DNA from: Candidatus Methylomirabilota bacterium | GTDB taxonomy: Bacteria; Acidobacteriota; Thermoanaerobaculia; Thermoanaerobaculales; Sulfomarinibacteraceae | Direction: 5' to 3' | Assembly: GCA_035464095.1 (NCBI GenBank) | Contig: DATHSO010000198.1 | Location: forward strand, 12,071 to 76,070 | Length of the DNA: 64,000 nucleotides | In this document: positions 1-9,590 of the stretch, in pieces | How the letters are laid out: every line of letters begins with the position of its first letter | Position numbering within the stretch: position 1 is the stretch's first letter | Program-made: the position numbers and the translations under genes | Notes under the pieces: generated by a model | Told to the model about the DNA's origin: nothing | Seen by the model: only the letters and a program-made list of their open reading frames with translations | Databases searched by the model: none

Positions 1-1
1 G

Positions 2-463
2 GTGGCCCGGCGCTGTCCCCTGCCCATCAACCTGGAGACCACGATCGAGGCCCAGGAGTGGATCCTCCACACCCAGATCGCCCTCGAGATCGAGGCGGCG
101 GCGCGCCACGACGCCGTGCTCTGCGACCGCTCGGTGCTCGACAACTACTGCTACATGGTCCACGCCGCCGGAACCCGGAAGATCTGGGAGCGGGTCCTCG
201 ACCACTGGCTCAGGACCTACGACGTGCTCATCCACGTCCCCCTCTGGGTACGCCCGACCTACGACGGGGTGCGCGCCATCGACAGCGGCTTCCAGGAGCA
301 GATCGAGCTGCTCCTGGAAGGCATGATCACCGCCCGGGCGTTACGCCCGGTGCGACTCGACCCCGACCAGCGCGACCGGTGGGGCGAGCAGATCGAGGAG
401 CTGCTGCTGCCCAGCTTCGAGCCGACCCTTCCTCTGTTCGACGCCGGGGGCGCCGCGGTTTGA
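2..463 (+). CDS. ATPase-like protein, C-terminal fragment (start lies upstream of window)
   Basis: The frame is open from the window edge to TGA at 461-463 and is GC3-rich. The family assignment (AAA_28/NadR-kinase-like) is tentative because the P-loop region is not in the window. Confidence 0.45.
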   Translation: MARRCPLPINLETTIEAQEWILHTQIALEIEAAARHDAVLCDRSVLDNYCYMVHAAGTRKIWERVLDHWLRTYDVLIHVPLWVRPTYDGVRAIDSGFQEQIELLLEGMITARALRPVRLDPDQRDRWGEQIEELLLPSFEPTLPLFDAGGAAV

Positions 464-497
464 CAGCTCTGAAACCGGGTGGGAGCATCGACCGGAC

Positions 498-1838
498 ATG
501 GACCTCGAACCCGAGCTTCTGATTCGCGGCGGGACCGTGGTCCCCATGGAGCGGGACCGTCACTGGTTCACGGGCGACGTGCTCGTCCGGGGCCGCCGGA
601 TCGTCGACGTCGGCCCCGGGGGCAGCACCGGAGCGGTCGAGCCGGAGATCCTCGATGCCCGCGGCGCCGCGGTCCTTCCCGGGTTCGTCCAGTGTCACGT
701 GCACGTGGTCCAGTCCCTGCTGCGCCACCAGGCCGACGGGCTGACCCTCCTGGACTGGCTCGAGCGCCGGACCCTCCCCTACGAGGCGTGCCTCGACGCC
801 GACGCCGTCGAGGCGGCGGCCGAGCTCGGCATCGCCGAGCTCCTCGAGGGAGGAACCCCCACCATCCTCGACTTCGGCACCACCCACGACCACGACCGGG
901 TGTTCGCCGCGGCCGAGCGGATGGGCATCCGGATGATCTCCGGCCGCACCCACATGGACGCGGGAAGCGGCGTTCCGGCCGTGCTCCTCGAAGACGCCGA
1001 GAGCTCCCTGGCCGACGCGGAGTCCCTGGGGCGACGCTGGCACGGCGCCGCCGCCGGCCGCTTGGGCTACGCGGTGGCGCCGCGCTTCGCTCTCTCCTGC
1101 TCGCGCCGGCTCCTGGAGGGGTGTGCCGAGCTCGCCCGCCGCCACGGCTGGCTGCTCCACTCCCACGCCTCGGAGAACGTCGACGAGGTCGCCGCGGTCC
1201 GCGCCGCCACCGGCCTCGGCAACGTCGACTACCTGCACCGCGTCGGCCTCACCGGGACCGACGTGATCCTCGCCCACGGCATCCACCTCGAGCCCGCGGA
1301 GGTCACGCTGCTCGCCGAGACCGGAACCCGGATCTGCCACTGCCCCGGCGCCAACCTCAAGCTCGGCTCCGGAATCGCCGACGTCCCCGGCCTGCGGGCG
1401 GCGGGCGTTTCGGTCGGCCTGGGCGCCGACGGGCCGCCGTGCAACAACCGCCTGTCGGCATTCCACGAGATGAGCCTCGCGGCCACCATCCACTCCCTCC
1501 GCTCGGGCCCGACCGCCCTGGACGCCTGGGACGCCCTGGCCATGGCCACCCGCGACGGCGCGAGGGCGTTGCACCTCGACCACGAGGTCGGAACGCTGTC
1601 GCCGGGCAAGGCCGCCGACCTGGCGGTGGTGGCCCTCGACGCCTGGTCCTCGATGCCCGGCGACGACCCCGCGTCGCGGCTGGTCCACGGCGGCTCGGCC
1701 CGCGACGTCCGGCACGTGGTGGTGGACGGCCGGGTGGTGGTGCGCGACGGCGAGCTCCAGACCGTGGACCGGGAGGCCCTCGCATCGCGGGTTCTCGAGG
1801 CCTGGCAGCGAACCCGGACCCGGATGGCCCGGTCATGA
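498..1838 (+). CDS. Metal-dependent amidohydrolase (MtaD/SsnA/chlorohydrolase-type deaminase family)
   Basis: 446-aa ORF with HVHVVQS (HxH), HASEN and AHGIH motifs typical of the deaminase branch of amidohydrolases. Its stop overlaps the def start (ATGA). Confidence 0.8.
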   Translation: MDLEPELLIRGGTVVPMERDRHWFTGDVLVRGRRIVDVGPGGSTGAVEPEILDARGAAVLPGFVQCHVHVVQSLLRHQADGLTLLDWLERRTLPYEACLDADAVEAAAELGIAELLEGGTPTILDFGTTHDHDRVFAAAERMGIRMISGRTHMDAGSGVPAVLLEDAESSLADAESLGRRWHGAAAGRLGYAVAPRFALSCSRRLLEGCAELARRHGWLLHSHASENVDEVAAVRAATGLGNVDYLHRVGLTGTDVILAHGIHLEPAEVTLLAETGTRICHCPGANLKLGSGIADVPGLRAAGVSVGLGADGPPCNNRLSAFHEMSLAATIHSLRSGPTALDAWDALAMATRDGARALHLDHEVGTLSPGKAADLAVVALDAWSSMPGDDPASRLVHGGSARDVRHVVVDGRVVVRDGELQTVDREALASRVLEAWQRTRTRMARS

Positions 1839-2359
1839 GCGTGCGGCCGATCCTGGTCTACGGCGACCCCCGCCTCGAGGCGCCCAACCGCCCGGTGGAG
1901 GCCTTCGGCGACGCGCTCGCGGCGCTGGTCGAGGACCTCTTCGAGACCGGGTGGCGGGCGCCGGGCCTGGGGCTCGCGGCTCCCCAGGTGGGCGTCAACC
2001 TGCGCCTCGCCACCGTCGACCTGTCGATCGGCAAGGACCCGAGCCAGCGGCTCGTCCTGGCCAACCCCGAGATCGTCCGCTCGGAGGGGACGGTCTCCCT
2101 GGAGGAGGGGTGCCTGTCCTTCCCCGGCCTCTTCACCACCCTGAACCGGCCTCGCGAGCTGGTGGTCCGGGCCCAGGACGCCGACGGCGAGTGGCGGGAG
2201 ATCGAGGCGTCGGGCCTTCTCGCCCAGGCTGTCTGCCACGAGGTCGACCACCTCGACGGGAGGCTCCTCGTCCACCACCTCCGCGGTATCAAGAGGAAGA
2301 TGTTCCTGCGGCGGGTGGACAAGATGCGCACGACCGGGGTGTGGCCGCAGACCGCGTGA
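1835..2359 (+). CDS. def: Peptide deformylase
   Basis: 174 aa with the three deformylase motifs GLAAPQVG, EGCLSFPG and HEVDHLDG. ATG 1835 overlaps the upstream TGA. Confidence 0.93.
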   Translation: MSVRPILVYGDPRLEAPNRPVEAFGDALAALVEDLFETGWRAPGLGLAAPQVGVNLRLATVDLSIGKDPSQRLVLANPEIVRSEGTVSLEEGCLSFPGLFTTLNRPRELVVRAQDADGEWREIEASGLLAQAVCHEVDHLDGRLLVHHLRGIKRKMFLRRVDKMRTTGVWPQTA

Positions 2360-2365
2360 CGTCGC

Positions 2366-2494
2366 AATTCTCAATTCTCAATTCTCAATTCTCAATTATG
2401 AATTATGAATTATGAATTTCATCGCAGGGTTTCTACCATCGTTCACTGTTGCTTGCGATGGTCATTCATAATTCATAATTCATAATTCATCATT
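2366..2494. repeat. AT-rich heptamer inverted-repeat element, copy 1
   Basis: AATTCTC x4, AATTATG x3, AATTTCATCGCA, a 27-nt loop, TGCGATGGTCATT, CATAATT x3, CATCATT. The potential stem is about 33 bp. It fills the spacer between convergent def and dnaJ. Confidence 0.85.
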
Positions 2495-2496
2495 CC

Positions 2497-3525
2497 TCAG
2501 AGGTTGCGCGGCAGGCCGTCGCGGGGGTTGCCCTGGTAGAGCTCACCGACCCGCCGCGCCGCTTCCTCCCCGGCCGGGGACACGACCCTGGGCACCGCCA
2601 CCTCGACCGTGTAGAGGTGGTCGCCGTGGGACCGGGTCTTGGTGTTGCGCGCTCCCTTGCCGCGGAGCCGGAAGGTCCGGCCGGAGCTGGTCCCGGGCGG
2701 CACCTTCGCACGGACCGGCCCGTGGATGGTCCCGACCTCGATCTCGCCCCCGAGGTAGGCCTCGGTGAAGGTGACCGGCACGGTCGTGTGGATGTCGTCG
2801 CCCTCGCGCCGGAAGAAGCTGTGGGGGCGGACCCGGACCCGGACGAAGAGATCGCCCGCGGGCCCGCCGAGCTGCCCCTCGGCGCCCTTGCCCGCGACCC
2901 GCACCCGCTTGCCGTCGCCGATGCCTTCGGGGATCTTGACCCGCAGGCGCTCGGTGGCGATCACGACCCCCGCGCCGTGGCAGGTGGGGCAGGCGCCCCG
3001 CTGGGTCATGCCGGCGCCGCTACAGGCCGAGCACTGGAGCTGCCGCTGGACGGGCAGGGTGATCGTCGTGCCGTGGACCGCCTCGGCGAAGCCGATCTCC
3101 ACCGCCAGCTCCTGGTCCGCACCGCGTCGAGCGGCCGGCCGAGCGCGGCCTCCGGGGCGGGCGCCGCCGAAGAACTGGCCGAAGATGTCCCCGAGGTCCT
3201 GGAACCCGCCCGTACCACCGCCGAAATCCACGTGGAACCCGCCCGGCTCCTGCCAGGCCGCCTGCCGCCCGGCCCGGCGGAAGGGGTCGAAGCCCGCGCC
3301 GGGGTCGCCGTCCACGGTGCCGTAGGTGTCGTACTGCTTGCGCTTGTCCGCGTCCGACAGGACGGCGTAGGCCTCCTGGATCTCCTTGAACTTCTGCTCC
3401 GCTTCCTGGTTGCCCGGGTTGACGTCCGGATGGAACTTCCGAGCCAGCTTCCGATACGCCTTCTTGATCTCCGGCGTGTCGGCGGAGCGCGACACGCCGA
3501 GCACCCGATAGTAGTCAGTTGCCAA
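2497..3525 (-). CDS. dnaJ: DnaJ/CbpA-class J-domain co-chaperone
   Basis: J domain (YYRVLGV...KFHPDVNP), G/F-rich linker, reduced zinc finger ([16 protein letters not shown]) and C-terminal substrate-binding region. TTG at 3525 follows GGAGG and is preferred over the upstream ORF start at 3594. Confidence 0.88.
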   Translation of the reverse strand: MATDYYRVLGVSRSADTPEIKKAYRKLARKFHPDVNPGNQEAEQKFKEIQEAYAVLSDADKRKQYDTYGTVDGDPGAGFDPFRRAGRQAAWQEPGGFHVDFGGGTGGFQDLGDIFGQFFGGARPGGRARPAARRGADQELAVEIGFAEAVHGTTITLPVQRQLQCSACSGAGMTQRGACPTCHGAGVVIATERLRVKIPEGIGDGKRVRVAGKGAEGQLGGPAGDLFVRVRVRPHSFFRREGDDIHTTVPVTFTEAYLGGEIEVGTIHGPVRAKVPPGTSSGRTFRLRGKGARNTKTRSHGDHLYTVEVAVPRVVSPAGEEAARRVGELYQGNPRDGLPRNL

Positions 3526-3659
3526 CCTCGCCTCCAAGCTCACGGGTCGGAGGAGCGGATTCGCGTCGGGACGCGACCCGACCCGTCTGTACAAATATGA
3601 GCGAGTTCTTATAAAATTTCAAGCCCCCCGCACCGGGCGTGGAAGGGTAGAATGGTGCC

Positions 3660-6212
3660 ATGGCGTTGGACCCGCCGATACTGACAGCCGTCATCGCGCT
3701 GCTCGCGGTGACCCCATTCAGCCAACGCCGGCACCTGTTCACCCTCCTTCTCGGCCTGGCGATCGCAGCCGTCTTCAACCTCGGCCTGCTCGCCTCGGCG
3801 CCCCACGCCAACGACCCGGGCGCCGCCGAGATCCTCCGCTGGCTGCGGCTGCCGGCGGTCAGCATCCTCGCCAACGTCGCCGCCGGGGCGCTGATCCTGT
3901 GGGGCGCGGCCGGCATCCTGTTCGGCGGCAGCCGCGTCGATCGTCTGGTGCGGGCCCTCAAGAGCCGCGGCGATTACGAGGGGGCGGCCGAGATCTACCT
4001 GCAGCACGGCAAGCTCCAGCCCGCTCTCGCCAACTTCAAGAAGGGCAAGGCCTGGCTCAAGGGCGCCGAGGTGGCGAGCCGGCTCAAGCGGCATGCCGAG
4101 GCCGGCGAGCTCTACCGGCTCGCCGGCAGCCGGAACCTCGCCGACGCCGCCCGCTCCTTCCGCCAGGCCGACGACCCCGCGGCGGCCCAGCGCTGCGAGC
4201 GCGACCTCGCCGAGTGGCTCATCCAGGACGGCGCCATCAACGAGGCCATCGAGGCCTGGATCCGCGCCGGCGACGCCAAGCAGGCGGTCAAGACCGCCAA
4301 GCTCGCCCTCAACGAGGGCCAGCTCCAGCCATCGGACACCGGCTTCGTGATGGTGGTGCGGGTCGCCGAGCAGCTCGCCGAGCACGACACTCTGGCCCGG
4401 CTTCACGAGCTCCTCGGCAAGTGGCGCGAGGCCGGCCACGCCTGGCGGGCGGCCGGCCGGCACGACCGGGCCCTCAACGCCTTTCTCAAGGCCGACCTGC
4501 TGGTGGAAGCGTCCCGGTCCGCGGCCGACGCCGGACGGCCTCACGAGGCGGCGCGGCTCCGGGTCCGCCACGTCGAGCGCCTCAACGACGAGCTCCAGAA
4601 GACCACCCATCCCGGGCTGGTCGCCGACCCGAAGGCCGAGCGCCTGAGCGCCACCCTCCAGGCCGAGACCGACGCCCTGGTGCCGGTGCTCTCCGACCTG
4701 CGCATGGAGGACGAGCTGCTCCGCGTCCTGACCTCGTCGGGCCGGGTCGAGAACGCCGTCGACCTGCTGGTCGCCTCGGGCCGCGCCGCGGCCGCTGTCG
4801 ACCTCGCGCGCAGCGCCCAGAAGTGGACCGTGGCCGCACCCCTGCTGGAGCAGCTCAACCGATGGAGCGAGGCCAGCGACCTCTGGGAGTTCGCCGGCGA
4901 CCTGGAGGCCGCGGCCAGGTGCGCCGAGCGGGCCGGCGAGGACGTCCGCGCCCTCGAGCTCTACCGCGGCCTCGGGCGAGCCGACAAGACCGCCCTGTTC
5001 ATGGCCCGGCTCGGCCACCTCCAGGACTCCCTCATCGAGCTCCACCGTGCCGGCATGCTCGGGGAGGCCTGCGCCGTCCTGCGCCGCCACCCCGGCCCGG
5101 TACCCGACATCCCCGACGTGGTCCTCGACATGGCCGAGTGGGCTCGCGGCCACGGCTCCCTGGACGATGCCATCTTCTGCCTCCAGCGCGCCGTGGTGGG
5201 CGTGGCCCTGCAGCCCAACCGCCTCGAGCCGGCGGTGGCGCTGGCCCGGCTGTTCGCCGAGGCGGGGAGCGTCGACAAGGCCACCGCCATCGTCGACCGC
5301 ATCCTCGAGTTCGACTACTCGTGCGAGCCGGCCCGCGCCCTCCGCAAGGAGCTGGCCACCACCCAGGCGGTCGCCGGGCGGGGCCGGGCGGGGGGCGACA
5401 CGGCCGCGCAACCCGAGCCCTTCAGCCCCGCCACGGGTCCGCACCGCTACGAGATCCTCACCGAGCTCGGGCGCGGCGGCATGGGGGTGGTCTACAAGGC
5501 CCGGGACACCCGCCTCGACCGCCACGTGGCCATCAAGGTGCTCAAGGAGACCGCACCCGAGGTGGCCGCCAAGCTCGAGGAGGAGGCCAAGACCGCCGCC
5601 ACCCTCAACCACCCCGGGATCGTGACGGTCTTCGACTTCGAGGCCGGGTTCGGGGGCTACTTCATCGCCATGGAGTTCGTCCCGGGAGAGGCCCTCGACC
5701 AGGTGGTCCGGAGCGATCGCCACCGGGTCGCCGCCAAGCTCGTCGTCATCATGACCCGGCTCGCGGCGGCGATCGCGTACGCCCACCAGCACCGGGTCAT
5801 CCACCGCGACCTCAAGCCGGCGAACATCCTCCTCACCCCCGGCTACGAGGTCAAGGTCCTCGACTTCGGCATCGCCGCCCGGCTCGATCTCACCTCCGGC
5901 CGGGACCTGAGGATCTACGGCACGCCCTACTACATGGCGCCGGAACAGATCCGCGGCAAGCGGCCGACGCCGGCCACCGACGTCTACTCCTTCGGGGCGA
6001 CCGCCTTCCACCTCGCCACCGGTCGCCCACCGTTCAACCAGGGCAACATCGTCGAGGCCCACCTCAACCAGCCGCCTCCGGATCCGCTCGACCTGGAGCC
6101 CGATCTCGACCGGCGCGTCGCCGCCCTGATCCTGCGCTGCCTTGAGAAGCAACCCGAGGCGAGGTTCCGGGATGGCGGGGAGCTCCACGACGCCCTGACG
6201 GCCCTGCAGTGA
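3660..6212 (+). CDS. Membrane-anchored Ser/Thr protein kinase with long helical-repeat (TPR-like) middle region
   Basis: 850 aa. The N-terminus has about 3 hydrophobic helices, followed by a roughly 450-aa Ala/Leu-rich helical-repeat region. The C-terminal Hanks kinase domain shows GRGGMGVVYKA, AIK, HRDLKPANILL, DFGIA and GTPYYMAPE. Confidence 0.92.
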   Translation: MALDPPILTAVIALLAVTPFSQRRHLFTLLLGLAIAAVFNLGLLASAPHANDPGAAEILRWLRLPAVSILANVAAGALILWGAAGILFGGSRVDRLVRALKSRGDYEGAAEIYLQHGKLQPALANFKKGKAWLKGAEVASRLKRHAEAGELYRLAGSRNLADAARSFRQADDPAAAQRCERDLAEWLIQDGAINEAIEAWIRAGDAKQAVKTAKLALNEGQLQPSDTGFVMVVRVAEQLAEHDTLARLHELLGKWREAGHAWRAAGRHDRALNAFLKADLLVEASRSAADAGRPHEAARLRVRHVERLNDELQKTTHPGLVADPKAERLSATLQAETDALVPVLSDLRMEDELLRVLTSSGRVENAVDLLVASGRAAAAVDLARSAQKWTVAAPLLEQLNRWSEASDLWEFAGDLEAAARCAERAGEDVRALELYRGLGRADKTALFMARLGHLQDSLIELHRAGMLGEACAVLRRHPGPVPDIPDVVLDMAEWARGHGSLDDAIFCLQRAVVGVALQPNRLEPAVALARLFAEAGSVDKATAIVDRILEFDYSCEPARALRKELATTQAVAGRGRAGGDTAAQPEPFSPATGPHRYEILTELGRGGMGVVYKARDTRLDRHVAIKVLKETAPEVAAKLEEEAKTAATLNHPGIVTVFDFEAGFGGYFIAMEFVPGEALDQVVRSDRHRVAAKLVVIMTRLAAAIAYAHQHRVIHRDLKPANILLTPGYEVKVLDFGIAARLDLTSGRDLRIYGTPYYMAPEQIRGKRPTPATDVYSFGATAFHLATGRPPFNQGNIVEAHLNQPPPDPLDLEPDLDRRVAALILRCLEKQPEARFRDGGELHDALTALQ

Positions 6213-6277
6213 ATTGTTCTCGGGTATCATGAGCCCTACCCGGCGCGCCCGGCGCGCCCGGCGGGAGGTGCGGATTC

Positions 6278-6799
6278 ATGGACGTGCGTTCCCTCTGGCG
6301 ACGGCCGGAGACGAGGTTCCTCATCCTCTTTCTGACCATTCTGGGCGTCAGCTTCACCGTGGTCGCGCTCAAGCCGGTCAATGACGGCTTCGTGGTGCCC
6401 TACACCACCCTCATCGCCAAGTTGTCGGGGAACGTGCTCCGACTGCTCGGCGAGGACATCACCATCGACGGCTGCCTGCTCAGGTCCCCCAGGTTCGCGG
6501 TCACCATCTACAACGGCTGCAACGGCCTCATCACCAGCCTGATCTTCATCTCCGGCGTGCTCGCCTTCCCGGCCCGCTGGTCGGCCAAGGTGGTGGGGGT
6601 GATCGGCGGCCTGATGGCGATCCAGATCATCAACCAGGTCCGGATCGTGTCCCTGTTCTACATCGGCATCTACCTGCCGCAGTTTTTCAATCAGTCCCAC
6701 ATCTTCATCTGGCAGTCGTTGGTGATTCTCGCCGGGGTCACCCTGTGGATCGTCTGGGCCCACACCTTCGCCGTGCCCGAGCGGAGGCAGGCCGAGTAA
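6278..6799 (+). CDS. Minimal exosortase/archaeosortase-family transpeptidase (XrtH-like size class)
   Basis: 173 aa, polytopic. It carries the conserved Cys (YNGCNGL), Arg (NQVRIV) and His (QSHIF) in the order expected for exosortases. GGGAGG lies 9 nt upstream of the ATG. Confidence 0.7.
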   Translation: MDVRSLWRRPETRFLILFLTILGVSFTVVALKPVNDGFVVPYTTLIAKLSGNVLRLLGEDITIDGCLLRSPRFAVTIYNGCNGLITSLIFISGVLAFPARWSAKVVGVIGGLMAIQIINQVRIVSLFYIGIYLPQFFNQSHIFIWQSLVILAGVTLWIVWAHTFAVPERRQAE

Positions 6800-6844
6800 G
6801 GACCGGTCGCCGCACCGCGAGGGGCCGGTCGTCGAGGAGGCGCC

Positions 6845-7456
6845 ATGAGCGAGTCCGCCAAGCTCTACCGCAGCTTCCTGAAACGCCTGCCGCTGACCCT
6901 GCTGGTGGCCATGGGGTTGTGGCTGCTCATCCGCCCGGTCCTCGACACCGCCGTCACCGGATTCGCCCAGCTCCTGATCCGGTCCTTCGAGTACCCGCGG
7001 GTCACCCGCCTGGTCGCCGAGGACCACAAGGCCGAGGTCCGCCGCTCGGACTTCCGGACCGACTCCGGCATCCCGGCGATCCCACTGACCGAGAACCACT
7101 TCAACACCATCGTCCTGCTCGCGCTGTTCCTGGCGATGCCGCGTCCCTTCTCCCGGCGCCAGCTCGAGCGGCTGTTCATGGGCTGGTGCGTGCTCTACCT
7201 GACCCAGACCATGAACCTGTTCTTCCACGTCAAGTGCCTCTACGCCCTGTCCCTGGGCGAGTGGAGCGCCCTCAACTACTCGGACTTCGCACGCAACTTC
7301 TACGGCTTCTGGCGCTACTTCACCGACCTGCCGGGCCGCTTCTCGTTCCCGTTCCTGATCTGGCTCGGCTTCAACTGGGACCTGGTCGCTCGCCTGCTCG
7401 GCGCCGGCGCCGGTGACGACTCGCGGCCGACACGCGGGCGCGCGGCCGCTGGCTGA
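6845..7456 (+). CDS. Hypothetical polytopic membrane protein, probable exosortase-associated partner
   Basis: 203 aa with about 4 hydrophobic helices. GAGGAGG ribosome-binding site; starts 45 nt after the exosortase gene on the same strand. No recognisable catalytic motif. Confidence 0.6.
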   Translation: MSESAKLYRSFLKRLPLTLLVAMGLWLLIRPVLDTAVTGFAQLLIRSFEYPRVTRLVAEDHKAEVRRSDFRTDSGIPAIPLTENHFNTIVLLALFLAMPRPFSRRQLERLFMGWCVLYLTQTMNLFFHVKCLYALSLGEWSALNYSDFARNFYGFWRYFTDLPGRFSFPFLIWLGFNWDLVARLLGAGAGDDSRPTRGRAAAG

Positions 7457-7547
7457 CGGACGAGCCGCTCGCAAAAACCATGCGATCGCTCTTTGTCGGC
7501 TCAATCCCGAATGCTGATCTTGCGGGTTTTTGCAAGCGGCTCGGACG
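7457..7547. terminator. Long imperfect inverted repeat between convergent genes (bidirectional terminator or REP-like)
   Basis: CGGACGAGCCGCTCGCAAAAACC (7457-7479) pairs with GGTTTTTGCAAGCGGCTCGGACG (7525-7547) with 3 mismatches. The loop is about 45 nt. Confidence 0.45.
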
Positions 7548-9380
7548 TCAGTCGGACTTCTTCGAGCGGCGCAACGCTCGGTAGTCGGGGATCTCGTACT
7601 CCTTGATCTTCGAGATCAGGGCGCCCCGCGACAGGTTGAGCACCCGCGCCGCCTGGCTCTGGTTTCCCTTCTCCCGCCGCAGCACCCGGTCGATGACGAG
7701 GCGTTCGATGCCGGGGAGGACGACCTTGAGGTCGTCGTGGGCGAGGAGCTCGGCAACCGCGTCGTCCGCGGCGGCGGCGGTGCCAGAGGCCGCGGACGAG
7801 GGCCGCCTCGGCACCAGCCCGCGCACCATCTCGCCGTCGGCGGTGGCCGAAACCAGCCGGCGGAGCTCGCCGACCAGCTCGGTCATCTCACCGCCGAAGC
7901 CGTGCTCGAGGAGGGAGTTCAGGGTCTCGAGCTCGATGCCGCGGATCTCCTTGCCCTGCTCGGCGCCGACCCGCTCGAGGAGGCGCACGATGATCAACGG
8001 CAGGTCCTCCCGCCGCTCGTCGAGGGAGGGCACCCGGATCACGTGGCCGTCGAACAGACGGTACAACGCCACGTCGAGGCGGCCTTCGTTGAGCATGGCC
8101 ATGGCGTCCTCGCCGGTGGTGACGATCCAGCGAACCGACGGCCCGTAGCTCGACTCCACATCCCCGCTGACGGCCGCGGTGAGCTCGCGCTGCAGGCCGT
8201 GGGACAGCAGGTGCACGTCCCGAACCACCACCACCGAGCCTCGCGAGCGCTCGACCAGGCCGCCTCCCCCGCCCTCGCCGCCGGGACCGAAGAGCTCCGT
8301 GCGGAGGGCCGCATCGTCGCCGTCCCGAGCCTGGAACACCTGCATCGGCGCCGGACCTCCCAGGCGCAACGAGGCGATGAGAGCGGCGACGAAGGCCCGC
8401 CCCGAGCCGGGACGGCCGCAGAGCATGACCGGCGCCGCCGAGCGCGCCGCATCGGCGAGGTTTTCCCTGAGCAACCGCACCGCCTGGGAGCCTCCGGGAA
8501 GGGCGCCCTCAAGGGTCCGCTGCACCTCGGCCTGCCACTCGCCGTACAGGGACGGTGACCGCTCGATCCTCGACCAGTGGATCGACAGCATGCGCGCCAG
8601 CTCGCCGAGGAGCTCGCGGTCGTCGACCTCGGACTCGGGGGTGGTCTCGGCGACGAGGTAGGCGTCGGACTCCTGAGGGCCCCGCTCCACCGGGTACAGG
8701 AGAAACTGCTGCCCCGCCAGCTTGAGCACGGCGTATCGGCCGATCGAGGCGAGCTCGTCGAAGGTGCGGGCGGGCAATCGCGGCAGATCGCCCTGCCACT
8801 GGGAGACCACGGGCCGGAAACCGCCGCCTTCGTCGAGGACCGCGAGCAGGGTCTGGCGCTCGGCGAAGACCACCGAGAAGAAGGTCCGCAGGGACGGCAC
8901 CGGATCCGAGCGCATCCGGGCCCGGAAGATCTCCACGAGCTGCTGCCGGGCCTCGCTGAGCCGGTGCGACTCGCGAAACAGCACAACCTCGGACCGCGGT
9001 TTCCTGGTGTCGGCCGCGGCGGCCTTGCGGGGCCGCTCGACTCCGCCCGCACCGTCCTCCGGCCGGTCCAGCACCTCGACGTCGGTCTCCAGGTCTCCGC
9101 CGCCCTGGTAGATGATGGTGACGGTGCCGATGCGGACCCGATCGCCCACCTTGAGCACGCCCCGGGAGCGCCGCTCACCGTTGAGAACGACCACCTGGCG
9201 CTGCTGTCCGAGAAAGGTGGTGACATCCCGGTTGCGCTGGATCACCAGGTGACGGGGCGCCACCCCGGGCGCGCGCAGGACGACGTCGTTGCGGCTCGAC
9301 GCCCCGATCGAGACCGCCGGCTTGTCGAGCTGGTAGGTCAGGCGCGAGCCCGTGGCCCCCTCGATGATGAGGGTCATCAT
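7548..9380 (-). CDS. FHA-domain protein with degenerate sigma-54-activator AAA+ core and C-terminal Fis-type HTH
   Basis: N-terminal FHA (LDKPAVSIGASSRNDVVL...HLVIQ). The central AAA+-like region has an atypical Walker A (GRPGSGRAF), Walker B replaced by VVVVRDV, and no GAFTGA. The C-terminus reads GNQSQAARVLNLSRGALISKIKEY. ATG 9380 follows GAGGTG. Confidence 0.85.
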   Translation of the reverse strand: MMTLIIEGATGSRLTYQLDKPAVSIGASSRNDVVLRAPGVAPRHLVIQRNRDVTTFLGQQRQVVVLNGERRSRGVLKVGDRVRIGTVTIIYQGGGDLETDVEVLDRPEDGAGGVERPRKAAAADTRKPRSEVVLFRESHRLSEARQQLVEIFRARMRSDPVPSLRTFFSVVFAERQTLLAVLDEGGGFRPVVSQWQGDLPRLPARTFDELASIGRYAVLKLAGQQFLLYPVERGPQESDAYLVAETTPESEVDDRELLGELARMLSIHWSRIERSPSLYGEWQAEVQRTLEGALPGGSQAVRLLRENLADAARSAAPVMLCGRPGSGRAFVAALIASLRLGGPAPMQVFQARDGDDAALRTELFGPGGEGGGGGLVERSRGSVVVVRDVHLLSHGLQRELTAAVSGDVESSYGPSVRWIVTTGEDAMAMLNEGRLDVALYRLFDGHVIRVPSLDERREDLPLIIVRLLERVGAEQGKEIRGIELETLNSLLEHGFGGEMTELVGELRRLVSATADGEMVRGLVPRRPSSAASGTAAAADDAVAELLAHDDLKVVLPGIERLVIDRVLRREKGNQSQAARVLNLSRGALISKIKEYEIPDYRALRRSKKSD

Positions 9381-9590
9381 GTGGCACCTCGGGATGCACG
9401 ACGACTGCACAACTCCGCGCAGGACGCGACATGATCGGTCGTCACGGGGACTCGGTTTGCGCTGTCGAGAACACTCACCATCAAAAACTTATCCGAGAGT
9501 GGACAGGTTGTCAATTCATCGCACAGGCGCAGTGGTCGCCGAGCCCTTCGCGGGGCCGCGCCGACGGTCGAGACGAGCCCACCTCCCGGT

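Noticed and set aside
327-1715. Long antisense or alternative-frame ORFs throughout the track (for example 327-1715 minus, 3609-6230 minus, 479-1834 portion plus, 20360-23158 plus, 41004-43748 plus, 50139-53264 plus, 53470-55038 plus).
   Set aside because: Their translations are Arg/Gly/Pro/Ala-rich low-complexity strings typical of off-frame reading of high-GC DNA. They overlap genes with clear family motifs on the other frame or strand and lack ribosome-binding sites.
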